A program made the translations under genes and the position numbers. 64,000 bases of DNA from Takakia lepidozioides (lineage: Eukaryota; Plantae; Bryophyta): positions 17,608,001 to 17,672,000 of the forward strand of contig CM060733.1 of the NCBI GenBank assembly GCA_030704615.1. The letters are read 5' to 3'. Below, one piece after another: positions 23,801-35,800 of this stretch. The first letter of the stretch is position 1. Every line of letters starts with the position of its first letter. Under the pieces are notes generated by a model. It was given only the letters and a program-made list of their open reading frames with translations, was not told the origin of the DNA and made no database searches.

Positions 23801-26800
23801 TGTTATGTCTGTATCCATGTCTATTTTTGTCTTTGCTTCTTCTTCCTTCTCTTTCTTTCTTCTTGTCTCTTTTTTTCTTTTCTTGGTTGTTTGTTTCTCG
23901 TTTCTTGCTTTCCTTTTGTCCCATAAGCTCTTTGAGCTTTCTGCGGACGTTATAAAGTTCCATTTCATTTCATTTCATTTCTTCTGAATTATGTGGTGCA
24001 GAAAAAGTCACTTCCAAGAAGAGCATGAAAAATGAGACACTCAGTTTGTAGACATTGATGCGATGAGTGGTGCTAAAAGGTGTTGGCTGATTGAGTCAGT
24101 CTTTTGGGGACTTTGGCTGTTTCATTTCACCAAGTTTGGAATTGTGCTTTTTGGAAAGGTTCTGGAAGGGGTCATCAAGTACAGATGGAATGCATTGCCT
24201 GTTGAGCAACGTGACGGCATAAAAAACTACATCTCAGACCTTATTGTGCAGGTTCCTTTCTCCCCTCAAGTTTCTGTCTGGATTCTCTGTGGGTTGCAAG
24301 GATGCATTTGCTTTAACCGATATCTCAAGCATGGGGCAGTCTGTGTACCTCACTTGACCTGTCCCTTCACCTGTTTCTGGTGTTTCCGTTTTCTTGGCAG
24401 GTATGTCAGAGTTTACATCACTTCGGATTTTGTGGTGGATGAACCAAGATCTCTAGGATAGGTACCAATGAGTGTTCTGAACAGAGGATAGGTCATATTT
24501 GAGACCTTATGGAGAATTGGTGGTCTGCAGCTTTCAAGCAATGAAGGGTCATTTCGGAATGAGCGCTTGTACGTTAACAAGCTGAACATTATTCTGGTCC
24601 AGGCAAGATATCTCACTCATGTGTCGATCTCAGTGCAATATTCACTCATGTGTCGATCTCAGTGCAATATTCACTCCTTACTGACCGTGGATCTAGTCTC
24701 CAGAGCCCGTTTCTAGGATATCTCTCCAATAGAACTACAGTGGAATTGGTTGGACCAGCAATTAAACGTCAATGTCCCCTTAGAGATGGAGTTGTGCTCC
24801 TGGCGCCAAGCTTTGCTTGGAGAAAAGATGACTGTAATGGTTCCAAATTCTTTTCCGCAATTTACTGTTCAGGATACCTTTGTTGAAGATAATGGGCATG
24901 TTTTGTTAGAAAAGCCACTGTTAAACCATCTTGCATGTGTGGAGGATGATATAACATATATTCTGTTAAGAAATGTCTTTGACAAAATGGAATGCATGTG
25001 TGCAGGTTCTGAAGCATGAATGGCCTGCTCGGTGGCCCAGATTTATACCTGATCTGGTGTCTGCTGCCAGAAGCAGTGAAACCTTGTGTGAAAATTGCAT
25101 GGTCATTCTCAAGGTATGTTGCTATGATCTAGTGTTTGAAGGACCCTTACTACATTTTGATTGAGGGCTATAATTTGCATTTGCACAAAGGTCGGCTCTG
25201 TCAATGTTCAAAGAACCACTAGACGCATGGAGGTTTGAGTGGGCTTTTGTTGGGAGGTTCAGTTCATATTTCTTTTGCATATTCAGTTCTGTTATTTGGA
25301 TGGGGAACAGCTTCTTAGCGAGGAGGTATTTGATTTTTCTCGAGGAGAGATGACACAGAGTAAGATCAAAGAGCTGAAGAACTCTTTAAACAGGTGATTA
25401 CTCCTTATTCCCCTTGAGTTAGCTCATCTTCCTAATTGAGATACCTTCAATGGGTCTCTATTTTATGGCAAGCAAGTAGGTAGCACGTCTAAGGTCAAAG
25501 CTCTGTGAGGAATCCATTAATTTCTGTCAGTGTGGATATAGTAAACCATATATGTAAGAGCGCTAATGGTCACCGCATAATGCAGAACACTGGTAAATGA
25601 AATGAACTAGTGAGAACTTGCCCATTGGAGGGCAGCCACAGTCATGTGCAGAGCTACAAGAAAGAGAGAGTTTGACAGGTCGCTGATCCTGTCTGGGTCG
25701 CCATTTCTTTGTTTGGGAAGGTTGTGATGGAGGTTTTTGGCTTACAAAGTTTCTTCTTGTGTTGCTTTCCTTTTCCTCAAAAATAAAAACATGGATGAGG
25801 TCAAATGGGAAGCCATTTTCTTGTGCCATGAGACAGTCAGAAACTCTGCTTAGACTTGATGTCACTGGACTTGTTATTGATGCTGAGCATGGTGGAAATG
25901 GTTGGACTGGCCACAGTGAATTCCAGCTCATTCATGAGCTGTGCCAGTATGTGCTATCTGTGTCGCAGCGGCCTGAGCTCATCCGATCCACTCTAGCGAC
26001 CCTGCATGCTTTCTTATCTTGGATTCCACTTGGCTACATCTTTGAATCTCAGCTGGTGGGCTTCCCTGCGGCCCCTTGTCCCCCTATTGCAAATTGGTTT
26101 GTGGCATGGCTCAGTAGTCAGCTTCTCTGGAAGATCAGAGACATCTGTGGTATGCTTGCTGCCGTTGGGAGCATAAACTATCAGGCTGGTACTCTTGCAT
26201 GCTGGAGTTCACATCATGTCTCCTTATGAGCCTCAAGTGTTCCTATTGTTCTGAATTGCTTGAAGCTGAAGGTTGTTGTTATGTGGGGGGGATGCAGCTG
26301 GAAACCTTGTTGAAGCTCTTCCCTGTGGCAAACTACAGAAATCTTGCTCTTCAGTGTTTGACAGAGGTTTGTCCTTCTCCCTTTTGAGTATGGACAATCA
26401 TTTCTCTTCTTCCCAACTATGCTATTGTTATGTATCAGATCAATGTCCGCTTCGATTATACTCTTTGTCAGGTAAGTTGTGCCTTGTTTTTTTTCCTGTC
26501 ATTTTGACTTATGGGTAGTCACTTGTTTTGAACCTGTGATGTTTGAATATCTGAGGATTTGGCGTGTTGCAGGTGGCAGTGCTCAGTTTTGGGGATTTTT
26601 ATGATGCCCAGTTTGTGAAACTCTATACCATATTCATGGTCCAGCTCCAGGTACTGGGTTGTGCTTTTACATCATTGTATACTACTCTACCAGTGAGATG
26701 TCCCCTGTAGGAAGGGATGTATGGGGTTAGTTGTTGTCTCTGGCCAGACAGAGTTAGCAATCGACATGTTATGTTTATGAGGTGAGAAGCATGGAGGCTG

Positions 26801-29800
26801 AGAGGGCCCTTAAGACAGTGAAACGGGAAGTTATAATGTCCACTGATGCCAACGGGAGAGATGCAAGAGAAAGCGAAACTTTAACATGCCCAGGGGGGCC
26901 CAATGTCCTATGGAACTAAGAGAGTAAGCAGGGAGAGAGAAGGAAAAAAAGGCATTTACTGTGTTCACAGGAAGTCCAAGGGACAGAGAGAGATTGTACT
27001 CATAAGACGTTGTTTGCCGTAGCCTTGTGGCCATTGACCCCGCGCCCAGTTTGAGCGGGAACAAAAGGGACAGAACCTACCTCTGTCAGGGGCTGACGTT
27101 GGTAGTGTGACTTACCATCATATATAGAATTAATCCGGGTTTTCCAGATATCCTCTAGAAATCCCTTCACACAAGCATCAATCTGCTGTGTGTGATTTGC
27201 CCAAAAACTAGGCCTCAGGAGGGCCTGGACTTTTGGCTCAGCCTCGAGACTTTCAAAGTTGTTAAACAGGGGTACAGGCACAATTCCCTTGATAGAATTG
27301 AAGAGAGCGTCTCTTTGGTGAGAGAACCCCTGACAGTGTATCAGAAAGTGAATACTGTCTTCAGATTGCCCACACAGCGGGCAATTGCACTCTCCCTTTC
27401 CTCTCTGCTTCTGTTTGCTGTTCAAAGGTAGGCTCCCTGCCCTGAGTTTAAATTTCAGTCTAGTGCCGAGAGTGGGTAGACCCTTGAGGTCATCCAAGAT
27501 GTCCTCCCCCATGTCACTGACTGGAAACAAGTTCAGGGAAGTTTTCTGCCTAACTTCATTTTCATCAGACAATCTCATGGCAACAGACATGGCTGAGGAC
27601 ACTACAGCCTTCAAGTCAGATTTATCCAGCAGGGTCAAGACTTGCGGATCCAGGTCCAGGTCCTTCAGAATCTCTTCTACTCTCTTCTGCCAGGACTTAG
27701 CCTGTTTGACAGGGCGGTCCTGTTTCCAAGATATAGAGTCGATTAACTTAGGATATCTGGTGTTGGGCATGTGTTGCAGCTGACCCCACCATCTGACCTT
27801 GAATTCATCTCGTCGGGAGCTTAAGGACGGAATGCCAAACTCACCCCGAACAGCCACATTGGCTGTTTTGGAGCATGCTGACATACACTCCTTAAGCACC
27901 CCCACTTGAATGGATTCTAGAGACTTAGCCTGGTTGGAGTTATCAACCCGATCCGTACTCCAAGGCAGGTCTAATAACGCGACAAAGCATGGTTTTCTTA
28001 ACCTCAGAGTTGACCCCTCTGCAGTGGAAAAATTTAGTGAGCCCCAGAGCTTTGCCCTTGCCAGTTTGAACAACTTTCCGGATATGTGCATCCCAATTAC
28101 AATTGGAGGAAAACTCAACGCCCAGGTAAGTGTAGGAAGGGAGGACCGGGATCTCTTGGCTACCCCACTGCCACTTAAGATCACTTCCTCCCTCTCCTCT
28201 GCTGTTGAATGCTACCACTGCACATTTGCTGACATTAGCCTCTAGCCCCCGAAGATCAAAGTATCTCTTCGTGCAATCAATCAACTCCTGGAGATTGGTT
28301 GGAGTCTCCCCTATGCCTGCGAAGTCATCCGCAAACATAAGGGCTGGTATGGTGGTATCACCCACCCTTAACCCAAATCCCTCACTTTCCACATCCTCGA
28401 GGAGTTGATTGATGAAAACATTGAAGAGCAGAGGGGAGAGAGTACATCCTTGAGCTACACCTTGGTCTATGTCAAAGAAGTTGGACTTCTGTCCGTTAAC
28501 AGTGACACAGCTTTTGGTGTGAGCATACAAGTTGTGGACAACTCTCCACATCTTTCCCTTGATCCCACAAGACCAGAGGCGGAACCATAGGCCATCTCTC
28601 CACACTGTGTCATAAGCCTTTTTGACATCCAGGAAAAAAACATAAGTGGGTTTCCCTTCTTTTTTCCTTCCCTGGATAATCTGGCTTAGAGTGAAGATAT
28701 GATCCACACAGCCCCTGTTTCGCCGAAAGTCAGCTTGGCCTTCGCGGAAACAACCTCTAGACTCCAGATCAACCTCGAGACGAGTACTTATAACTCTGCA
28801 GAATGTCTTGCCAACAGCATTGAGGAGCGTGATGCCACGGTAGTTCCCCGGTTCTTCTCTGTCACCCTTCTTGTATAGATTGACAATGACCCCCTGTCGC
28901 CAGCGAAAGGGGATCATTTCAGTCTTCCAGATAAGGTTAAAGAGGAGAACTAGGGCCTCTATCATGGGATCGCCACCGTGCTTGATAAGCTCGTTGACAA
29001 TACCATCAGGTCCACCAGCTTTATATCCATTTAAATGTTCAATTGCTTCCACAATCTCAGAAGAACCAATGGGAGCATTATAAGCCATTGAAATATACTC
29101 CAGTTCATCAGGGCTGTTTTGAATCATAGGAACAGTTTTTCCAACTGTGTCCCTCCATTCAGCAGAAGACCCCTCACTGTTAGACCTAGAAGTTCTGCCA
29201 AGGATACTGTAGTGAGTTTCAAAGGTTTTGACAACGTCAACCGATGAAGTCACCACTGCACCTTTAGTAGTCTTCAGCGCTTGTACTTGCTGACCGTTTT
29301 TCGGCTTGTACAAACGTTGAAGGGCCAACCAGAATTTCTTGTCATTACCACCATGGTGGTTTGAGTTTATTTCACTGTATAACTTGTCCCAGTATAATTT
29401 CTTCTGAGACCTAACAAGCTGATTGATATCTTTACGGAGTTGGTAGTACCTCGCCCACAATTCTCTGTTGGTTTCCAAATTGCAGCACTCTTTATAGAGG
29501 GCTCGTCTCTCAGCTATCTTGAGTTTAATCTCATTGGTCCACCAATTAACTGCTCTACCGCAGACAATTAGTTTCCTCCTAATGATCTTGTCAGCCACGG
29601 AGGAAACGAAACTCTCCCGAGAGTCCACTGCTCTTTCGACTTCATTTCTTGCGTTAACAGAGCGTGACTGAAGTTCTTGGAGCAATTAAACAAAATGAAG
29701 GAGAGCCTCTTGCAAGGCCTGGACGTACTCAGCCTTGACCTCCTCATTGTGGAATTTTTCTATGCACCACTTCCGAATCGAACGTTTCACAGATCTCTTG

Positions 29801-32800
29801 GTGGTGGGAAAACACCTTTTGATCTCAGTCCAAACCAGGAAGTGGTCAGAGGTACCAATATCAGTTCTGTCGATCAACACATTGGCACACTGGGGGAACA
29901 AAATTTTGTCCATTATGATATAGTCCACAATGGAACGTTCCCCAGTTTGGGATTTCTCATGAGTCCACTGCACTTGGTCACCTCTTGTCCTGTTATTCAA
30001 GGTCAAAAGCTGAAGCTCTTCTAGACAGTTAATTAACCGTCTGCCATTAGAATTCAGCTCGTCCTCACCAAAAGGTCCGATGATATCGTCCTGATGGATC
30101 CCTTTGCCCACCCGGGCATTGAAGTCCCCCAATAGTACCACCTGACCTTTGGCAAGGAACGAAGCACAGTCCAGCTTTACATCTTCGAAGGCCTTGTCTG
30201 CGTCAGCACTAAGGGTCCCCTCTGTGGGCATGTAAACACAACCAACAAAGAGGTCCTTTGTACTCATGCCGCCCTTCAGATTCAGTTTTAGCCAGATACT
30301 ATGCTCGTACCTCAAACCCTTGTTGATAATTTCACAATTGTCCAACAAGAAATCACGGACAAAGAATCCATCCCCTTTTTGACCGCGTTTGGCAGAGGCT
30401 GCCTTGAGAGTACAGAGAGAGAGAGAGAGAGGGATCTCTCCTTTCTCTCTATTATCTTGTGCTATACCATTCAAAGCTGCCTGGTTTATATGATGGGAGT
30501 TGAAATAGTCGCTAGTTGCAAATGTCTAGTCTTGTGCTGGTATGGATGCGTCTTCATAGCTAAGAGTGGTTTCTCCGAATTGACCGCAGATAATTCTGCC
30601 ACCTGGCACCCATGTCCCAGATGCATATGCAAGTGGCTCAGATGAGGACCAGGTACATTGCCTTTTGAGCAACCTTTTTTGTGTCTGACATTCTTAACAT
30701 GTGACCCAGATCTGCCAGCAGTTCAGGCCACCATAGCTGCTTGTGAGAAACCCTAACTTCTGATCATGACTGGAAGATGGATTCCCACCTGCTGTTTCTT
30801 TGCAGGCTTTCATTCAAAATCTGGCGTTGTTCTTCACGTCTTTCTTTAAGGTAAGGTGCCGCATCACCCAGGTTGCTCTGGTGGTCTTGAGAGTGAGGAT
30901 GGATTTGTTGAGGCAGGTCCCTCTCTGGACTAACAGTGCACCCTCCCTTTTTTTATTCAGGCTGTCCTGTTCTTCCCCTGTCTTCTCTCTGTCATTTTGT
31001 TTACCTCTTTCCAATTGTCGGCTTTTCATGTTTTACTCTGTGCTCTCCATAATGTTTTAGATGGGTTGGAGGGGGATGGGAGTCACACTCTGCTTGACCC
31101 TGTGTGGGGGCTTTGGGATGGCAGTCACACATAGGTGTCTTGGAGACAACTCAAGACAACCAGGCAGTTCTGTTAATGGGACTTGAGTACCTGACTGGTA
31201 TCTCATATGTTGATGACACAGAGGTCTTTAAGGTATAACAATTTCAACTCGGAACTCTTATCTTATATGTGCAACCCACCGTTAATTATTACCTTATGGA
31301 TTGTTTCAGGCAACATAATTGAATATGTACACGTGACGTGAAAAGTGATTACCACACCGTCTCACGTCATGGTTTCTGAAATTAAAAAGTCATAAAGAGC
31401 TTTGTAGTAATGTCACTATAATTCATAACTATAATGATATTGTGTTATATGTAGGTTTGCCTGGACTACTGGAATTCTCTGGTGTGTGATCTCTTCCAAT
31501 CTGAATGTAACATGGAGTCTCCGGCTCCACCTACTCCTCTGGGCCTCCAGGTAAAGCAACCTTTCTTTCTGCCTTGTGCAATTGTTACCTCAGCATGTTC
31601 ATGATGGATGGACATCCATCTTTCTGGATATGCTGATTGTTTGTATGACTGTCGTAATCATGATGGCTGTTGATTCATATCATGTGCGGATTTTTCAGTT
31701 TGGTGTAGGCTTCTTTTTGGGTAAAATTTGAACACATCCCAAGGTGAAGGTATTCTGTTTCTTGTTCCTTTTTCTGAAGGTTTGTGCTCAGACTATCTAG
31801 GTGTTGCTGTGTTTCCGTCTCATATCTCAGCATTCCTCACAAGTTCCTCGGCATTGTTGGGCAGGTTGGATTAGGAGGGATGGTAGACGGGCTTGGGTCA
31901 CAGATGTCCCACCGGAAGCAGTTGTATTCTGGGCCTCTCTCCAAGTTGAGGTTGCTCATGATCAGTCGCATGGCCAAGCCTGAGGAGGTCCTTATCGTAG
32001 AAGATGAGAATGGGAACATAGTGAGGGAGACCATGAAAGACAATGATGTGCTTGTTCAATACAAGGTGACCTTCCCTTGTCCTTTTCCTGCACTCTCCTC
32101 TAATTTCGCACATGCACCAGATGCAATGAAGTGTTCTTCTAGAGGCAGGACCTGCTTAGGTTTTACTGTTTGTATGTAACAATGTACTCACCATTGCAGT
32201 GGGTTGGTTCAGGTCATGAGGGAGACTTTGATATATTTGTCCCATCTTGACCATGAGGACACAGAGCACCAGGTAACTATTCATGTCTGGTTGCAGACAC
32301 TGTCAGTGTGGTTGGCTGGAAGTTTCTTTGTAAACTTCCTGGTGATATACAATGTTGGGGCACCAGTTGTCACCATTCTGTTCATGGAGTTCTAGATTTT
32401 GGCATGAATTGTGCAAATCAGTTTCTGGGATCTGGGGTTACGGCATTCATGAGGCACTAGTGCATGTATGTTAACCAGGGGCTGTGCTCCAGTTAAATGT
32501 TTCATATAGCCAAAATTATATCAGTGCCAATCTTTAAGCTCATCGACCACATGCAAGCAGTCCAAAATAGTCCATGACATTCTTTGTGGGAGCATACATG
32601 GTTGTTGATAGCTTCTACTTATGTGCCAAGTCAAGGCCTGTTCACATGAAGCATTCTATGTCCATCCCATCCATTGGTCGGAAGGCGTGGCAGGAACAGC
32701 GCAGGTCCCACTGGTGGCATGTTCCTCCCATGTGTGGCGTGGGATCAGTGGGATGCAATGTGTCCCCTCGTTGCATCTTGCACTCCCTACGTCTGTTGAT

Positions 32801-35800
32801 TCCTCATCATCCTTCATATGGCTAATTAAGCTGGCTAAACACAGGTTGGACTTTTGCCAACTTGGACCGACCTCCACAATACCTTTGCTACGGATGTTGA
32901 CTTGGGGTGGTGTGTGAACATGGCATCACCAAGCCCGCCATCCGATCCCCTGGCAGGGCTGTCCGCCCACGAAATGGATGGAATGGAGAGGATGCTGGCC
33001 TCCCGTGTGCCCTCCCTTCAGTCTTTAGAGTTAAATAGCCCCATTGACTGTAGCCATTTATATTTCTGATTCTTTACACTGTGACACAGACAGTGCTCAA
33101 TTATAGACCAATTTTGTTTTTAAATATGTAAGCTAGTTAAACTGGTAGATGGCTTCCCATCCTTTTGCACACCAATTACAGGTCTAATGCATTGCTCCGC
33201 ACCTTGATCATGTGACAGATGTTGAAAAAGTTAAACAAGCAGCTGAATGGTGAGGAGTGGGCGTGGAATAATCTGAATACACTTTGCTGGGCTATTGGGT
33301 CTATCTCAGGGTCCATGGTTGAAGATCAGGTGTGTTTCAGCCATAGCTCAGCCTTCTCATTTGTGCTTTCTTTAACTTTTGGGCAAGAGAAGATGAGTGT
33401 AACTGATGTTCGACATTGAGGTGAGATTGTATTGTGTCCATGGTTGGGGTGGACAGGAGAATCGGTTCTTAGTGACGGTGATACGTGACCTGCTCAATCT
33501 TTGTGAAATAACCAAGGGCAAGGACAACAAGGCTGTCATTGCAAGCAACATCATGTACGTATTAAGATACCAGTCACACTAGGTTGTAACGCCCAAACAA
33601 AATCTGGGTCCCTCCCTTCAAACGATAGGGTAATTGTCTGGCATTCACTGGACAGGGCTGTCAGAAGAGGATATATGTACCACGCCTATAATATACCATG
33701 TGGAAAGGCCTCGCACAATTTTGACCGCCTTGTGGTTCCCATTCATTTAGAACTATATATAACACTATCATAGCGAGGATAACCTGTGAGAGGTAGTTAC
33801 GATATCCAAAGTTGCAAAATACGGGTAGTTTATCATTGCTCATAATGTGTTGTGGGAGAGAAAGAGAGAGTTTCTCAAAGTTGCTCAGTGGTGGGTTGGC
33901 AGGTATGTGGTGGGACAGTATCCCCGGTTTCTGAGGGCACACTGGAAGTTTTTAAAGACCGTTGTGAATAAGCTGTTTGAGTTTATGCACGAAACCCACC
34001 CTGGTGTGCAGGTGTGTTTCCCGACTGTGACTTCAAATATCCAGCCCACCAACGCCACCTTTCTCATTCATCTGAGAAGCCTGTGTTAGAGCTAGTTACG
34101 AGATCCATGTGGATATCTCAGCAAGATGGTCTGTATCCCACGTAGAGCAAGGGTATAGTGGGCAGGGCAAGGACTTGTTGGAACATGGCTAGGGATCATG
34201 GAGAAGTTCTGGGTTGTGCTTGGGCCTGCAGGATATGGCGTGTGACACTTTCCTGAAGATTGTGCAAAAATGCAGACGGAAGTTTGTCATCCTACAGGTG
34301 CAATAGGGCTTTTTCTTTTCTTTGGGATAGCAATAAGGTTTTCTAGGTCTGTAATGACAGGGAATTGTTGTGTTTCTTATTCCATCTGGCCTTTCAAGAG
34401 TTTGCACTCATGGTCAGTATTTTCCTTCCAATGTGAGAGTTAGTATGGGGTATCAAAAGAGATGCTAGGAACACTTTGCTTCTCCTAATTTGCTTTTGAA
34501 TAGATGTGACTGGTGCTCAATCCTGAAACTCTGCTAGCAGGTGGGAGAGTCAGAGCCATTTGTGTGTGAGTTACTGAAGGGCCTACCAACAACAATACTG
34601 GATTTGGAGAGTCATCAGATCCATACGTTTTATGAGGCGGTATGGGAATACTTTTGAAATCTGTCTCTTTTGTTCTATTTCAGTCTGTTTCACAGTCAAT
34701 GGCTCTTTTTTCCTGCTCAAGTGGTTTGTAGGAGCTAATGCTTGAGCCTTGGACCTCTGGCAATTCAAACCAATAGTTTGGGTGGGATGGATATAGGTGG
34801 GATTCATGATTCAAGCAGAAAGCGACCCCCAAAGGCGGGATGAATATTTGCAGAAGCTGATGGAGTTGCCAAACCAGGTTAGTAATGCTGATGGCTCCCA
34901 TAACTTCTAGCAGCGAAGTCCTGTGTTAACAGCAGGTGCACCCCAACTCAACCAAATTCCAATTGCTCTTATGCCTGTTGCTCATATAACTGGTTGAAAC
35001 GCGCAATATGTGGTCCTGTGATGTAACATAGTGTGTGTTTCCTCAACTACCCACTCTTCAGCCAGCGAAATAATTGGTGAGGGAGGGTTTCCATGACCCT
35101 GCTGATGACTACTTTCTCACCAGCCCAGCTAGTAGGTGCCCCCCCCCTCCAGGCATTGTGTGGGGAAGGGCAGCCTCGTGCGTTATGTCACATATGTCAA
35201 ATGCCCCCTCCCCCAATATCTTTGTCCCTCGTCTTCTCTTCTGCAACTGCACATAATGGTCTCTCATGGCCTTTTTTCCCTTGGAAATACCTTCAGGTAT
35301 TTTATAGTAGTGAGATATAGTGGATTCAGGATAGGTGGTGTGTATGAAAACACACCTACTGCGCACTATTAGCACAAGGTTGATATACTTTTAGGGTGGC
35401 TTAGCTGACTGTCGCATTCATTACATCACCAGTTCTGTATTGGTTAGGGTTTGGTCATACTAGTTGGTAGTGACAATTGGTGATGGTGTGTGTGCAGAGA
35501 TGGGCTGAAATTATTGGTCAAGCCCGCCAGAGTGTTGAGTTCTTAAAGGCTCAAGAAGTCGTGCGTGCAGTGCTCAATATTCTACAGGTGCTTGCTTTGT
35601 ATGCTGCAGTGCTGTTGTTTCTCTGTTGGAAACGCTCCCACCAGCGAATACGTGCGTAGGAACTAGCTGTGTGGGGTTGTCTTTGAACATATAGTAGCAT
35701 CACTCACCTGTTGAGTTGCAGAAACAACAGGCAGAAGCAACCTAACGTGTGTGGACAGTCTGGCAGTACATCATGTTGCTTAACATTGACATCTATGGTT

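Noticed and set aside
29680-29690. Two-ORF organisation or stop read-through in the family-A LINE
   Set aside because: The TAA is in frame between APE and RT, which belong to one ORF in such LINEs, and the copy has a further frameshift. Simple decay explains it.
31330-31385. Possible intronic C/D snoRNA (GTGATT...CTGA)
   Set aside because: The C box is non-canonical, the span is too short, and there is no terminal stem or evident rRNA guide.
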